Assembly (NCBI GenBank): GCA_001687465.1
Contig: LVLI01000055.1
Location: 1-64,000 of the forward strand
Source: Halocafeteria seosinensis
Lineage: Eukaryota
DNA length: 64,000 nt
Direction: 5' to 3'
The position numbers and the translations under genes were made by a program. The notes under the pieces were generated by a model. The model had not been told where the DNA came from, searched no databases, and saw only the letters and a program-made list of their open reading frames with translations. Positions 62,880-64,000 of this stretch are shown one piece after another (position 1 is the stretch's first letter; every line of letters begins with the position of its first letter).

Positions 62880-64000
62880 ATGCTGGGTAGAAACATGAAT
62901 CAATTCCGTAAAGCAGCTGCTCCTTTTACAAAAAGAGCTGCTCCATTGACTCAGACTGCTGGGACTGGAGTGCGCCTGTTTACCAGCTCGTCACCGCTGA
63001 TGAAGGCTGACTTTAAGAGTGGATCTAGCAAACCCAATGTGGCAATTGCTGGCGCGACAGGCGCTGTCGGCCAGGAATTCCTGCGTATTCTAGAGCAACG
63101 CAACTTTCCCATGAACGATGTAAGTATCCAATCCTGCTCTGCATACTTTTTTGTACTGCTATACCGTGAGGGTTGCATGGGAAAGGCTCCCGAAATGGCG
63201 TGGGAGCGCCTCGAGAACAGCCTGAAGTGGGATATTCCTGTGGTGTCTCTGTTCACAGGGCCACCACAGGGGTCCTTACCCTTTTTGTTGTTTTCCCCAA
63301 GGGGACGTTCTAGGGAGCTAGTTTGCCCTGTTCCGTCGGCGGGATTTGAGTGTGAAGTGTGAAGCTGAACCCGAAGCACGGGCTAGCTTCGCCGTCACCA
63401 CCGGCGGAGTCATGCCGTATTTTTTACCTTGAGAATTGAACAAGTTATTTGATTCATTTCCCTGTTTCCTTCGCAGCTCAAATTACTCGCCAGTTCCCGC
63501 AGTAAAGGCAAAAAGATGGAGTATGCCGGCAACGAAATCACGATCGAGGAACTGACGGAAGATAGCTTCAAAGATGTAGATATCGCCTTGTTCAGTTGTG
63601 GCGGGAGCCAAAGCAAAAAGTAAGCGTCATAACATCCTTTAAACCGTCACATACGCTTCTATCATTGTTTGCTCGCCTTTATTGGGAACGCAGATTTGCT
63701 TCTCCAGCTGTAAAGGATGGCTGCGTGGTTGTAGACAACAGCAGCGCCTTCAGAATGGACCCCAACACACCTCTGGTGGTTCCAGAAGTGAATCCATCTG
63801 CTGTAAAGGCACATAAGGGTGTGATAGCCAACCCTAACTGCTCTACCATTATCATGGTCGTGCCTATGTGGCCGCTTCACCAAGCTGCTGGTATCCAGCG
63901 GGCGGTTATATCCACCTACCAAGCTGCTTCCGGATCAGGTGATCAAGCCATGCGCGAGCTTGAGGAACAGGCGCGACAATGGGCCCGTGGAGAAACTGAC
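62880..64000 (+). CDS. asd: Aspartate-semialdehyde dehydrogenase, mitochondrial-type presequence, truncated by window end
   Basis: Introns 63120-63476 and 63620-63693. Motifs VAIAGATGAVGQE, LLASSRSKGK, DIALFS, VVDNSSAFRM..PLVVPEVN, IANPNCSTI (catalytic Cys), STYQAASGSG. Confidence 0.96.
63120..63476 (+). other. Candidate structured RNA element in asd intron 1 (357 nt)
   Basis: Multiple helices with motifs shared with the ask and ectB introns. Confidence 0.55.

Noticed and set aside
1..64000. CRISPR arrays, rRNA, tRNA, transposase or reverse transcriptase genes, ectD
   Set aside because: None were recognisable by eye in this window.

Overview
Gene-dense eukaryotic nuclear DNA with about 28 genes and mostly 55-110 nt GT-AG introns. 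Flagellar genes (CFAP418-like, CCDC146-like) point to a flagellated protist, plausibly a heterotrophic stramenopile (inference). The main feature is a clustered, intron-containing aspartate-to-ectoine pathway: ectB/dat(-), ask(+), ectA(-) and ectC(+) at 48.8-56.0 kb, with asd(+) at 62.9 kb running off the window. All five enzymes carry N-terminal extensions resembling mitochondrial presequences. Eukaryotic ectoine genes have precedent; I recall the halophilic bicosoecid Halocafeteria, not verified here. The least explained signal is non-coding. The first introns of ectB, ask and asd are 3-5 times longer than typical introns here, are packed with G-U-containing helices (some mutually exclusive), and share sequence motifs. 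One motif (CTTTTTGTAGTTTTC or its complement) also recurs in hairpin-rich segments upstream of a PP2C gene and between rpl35 and Sec61-gamma. This suggests a family of structured intronic RNA elements, possibly splicing switches. All folding and motif matching was done by eye.
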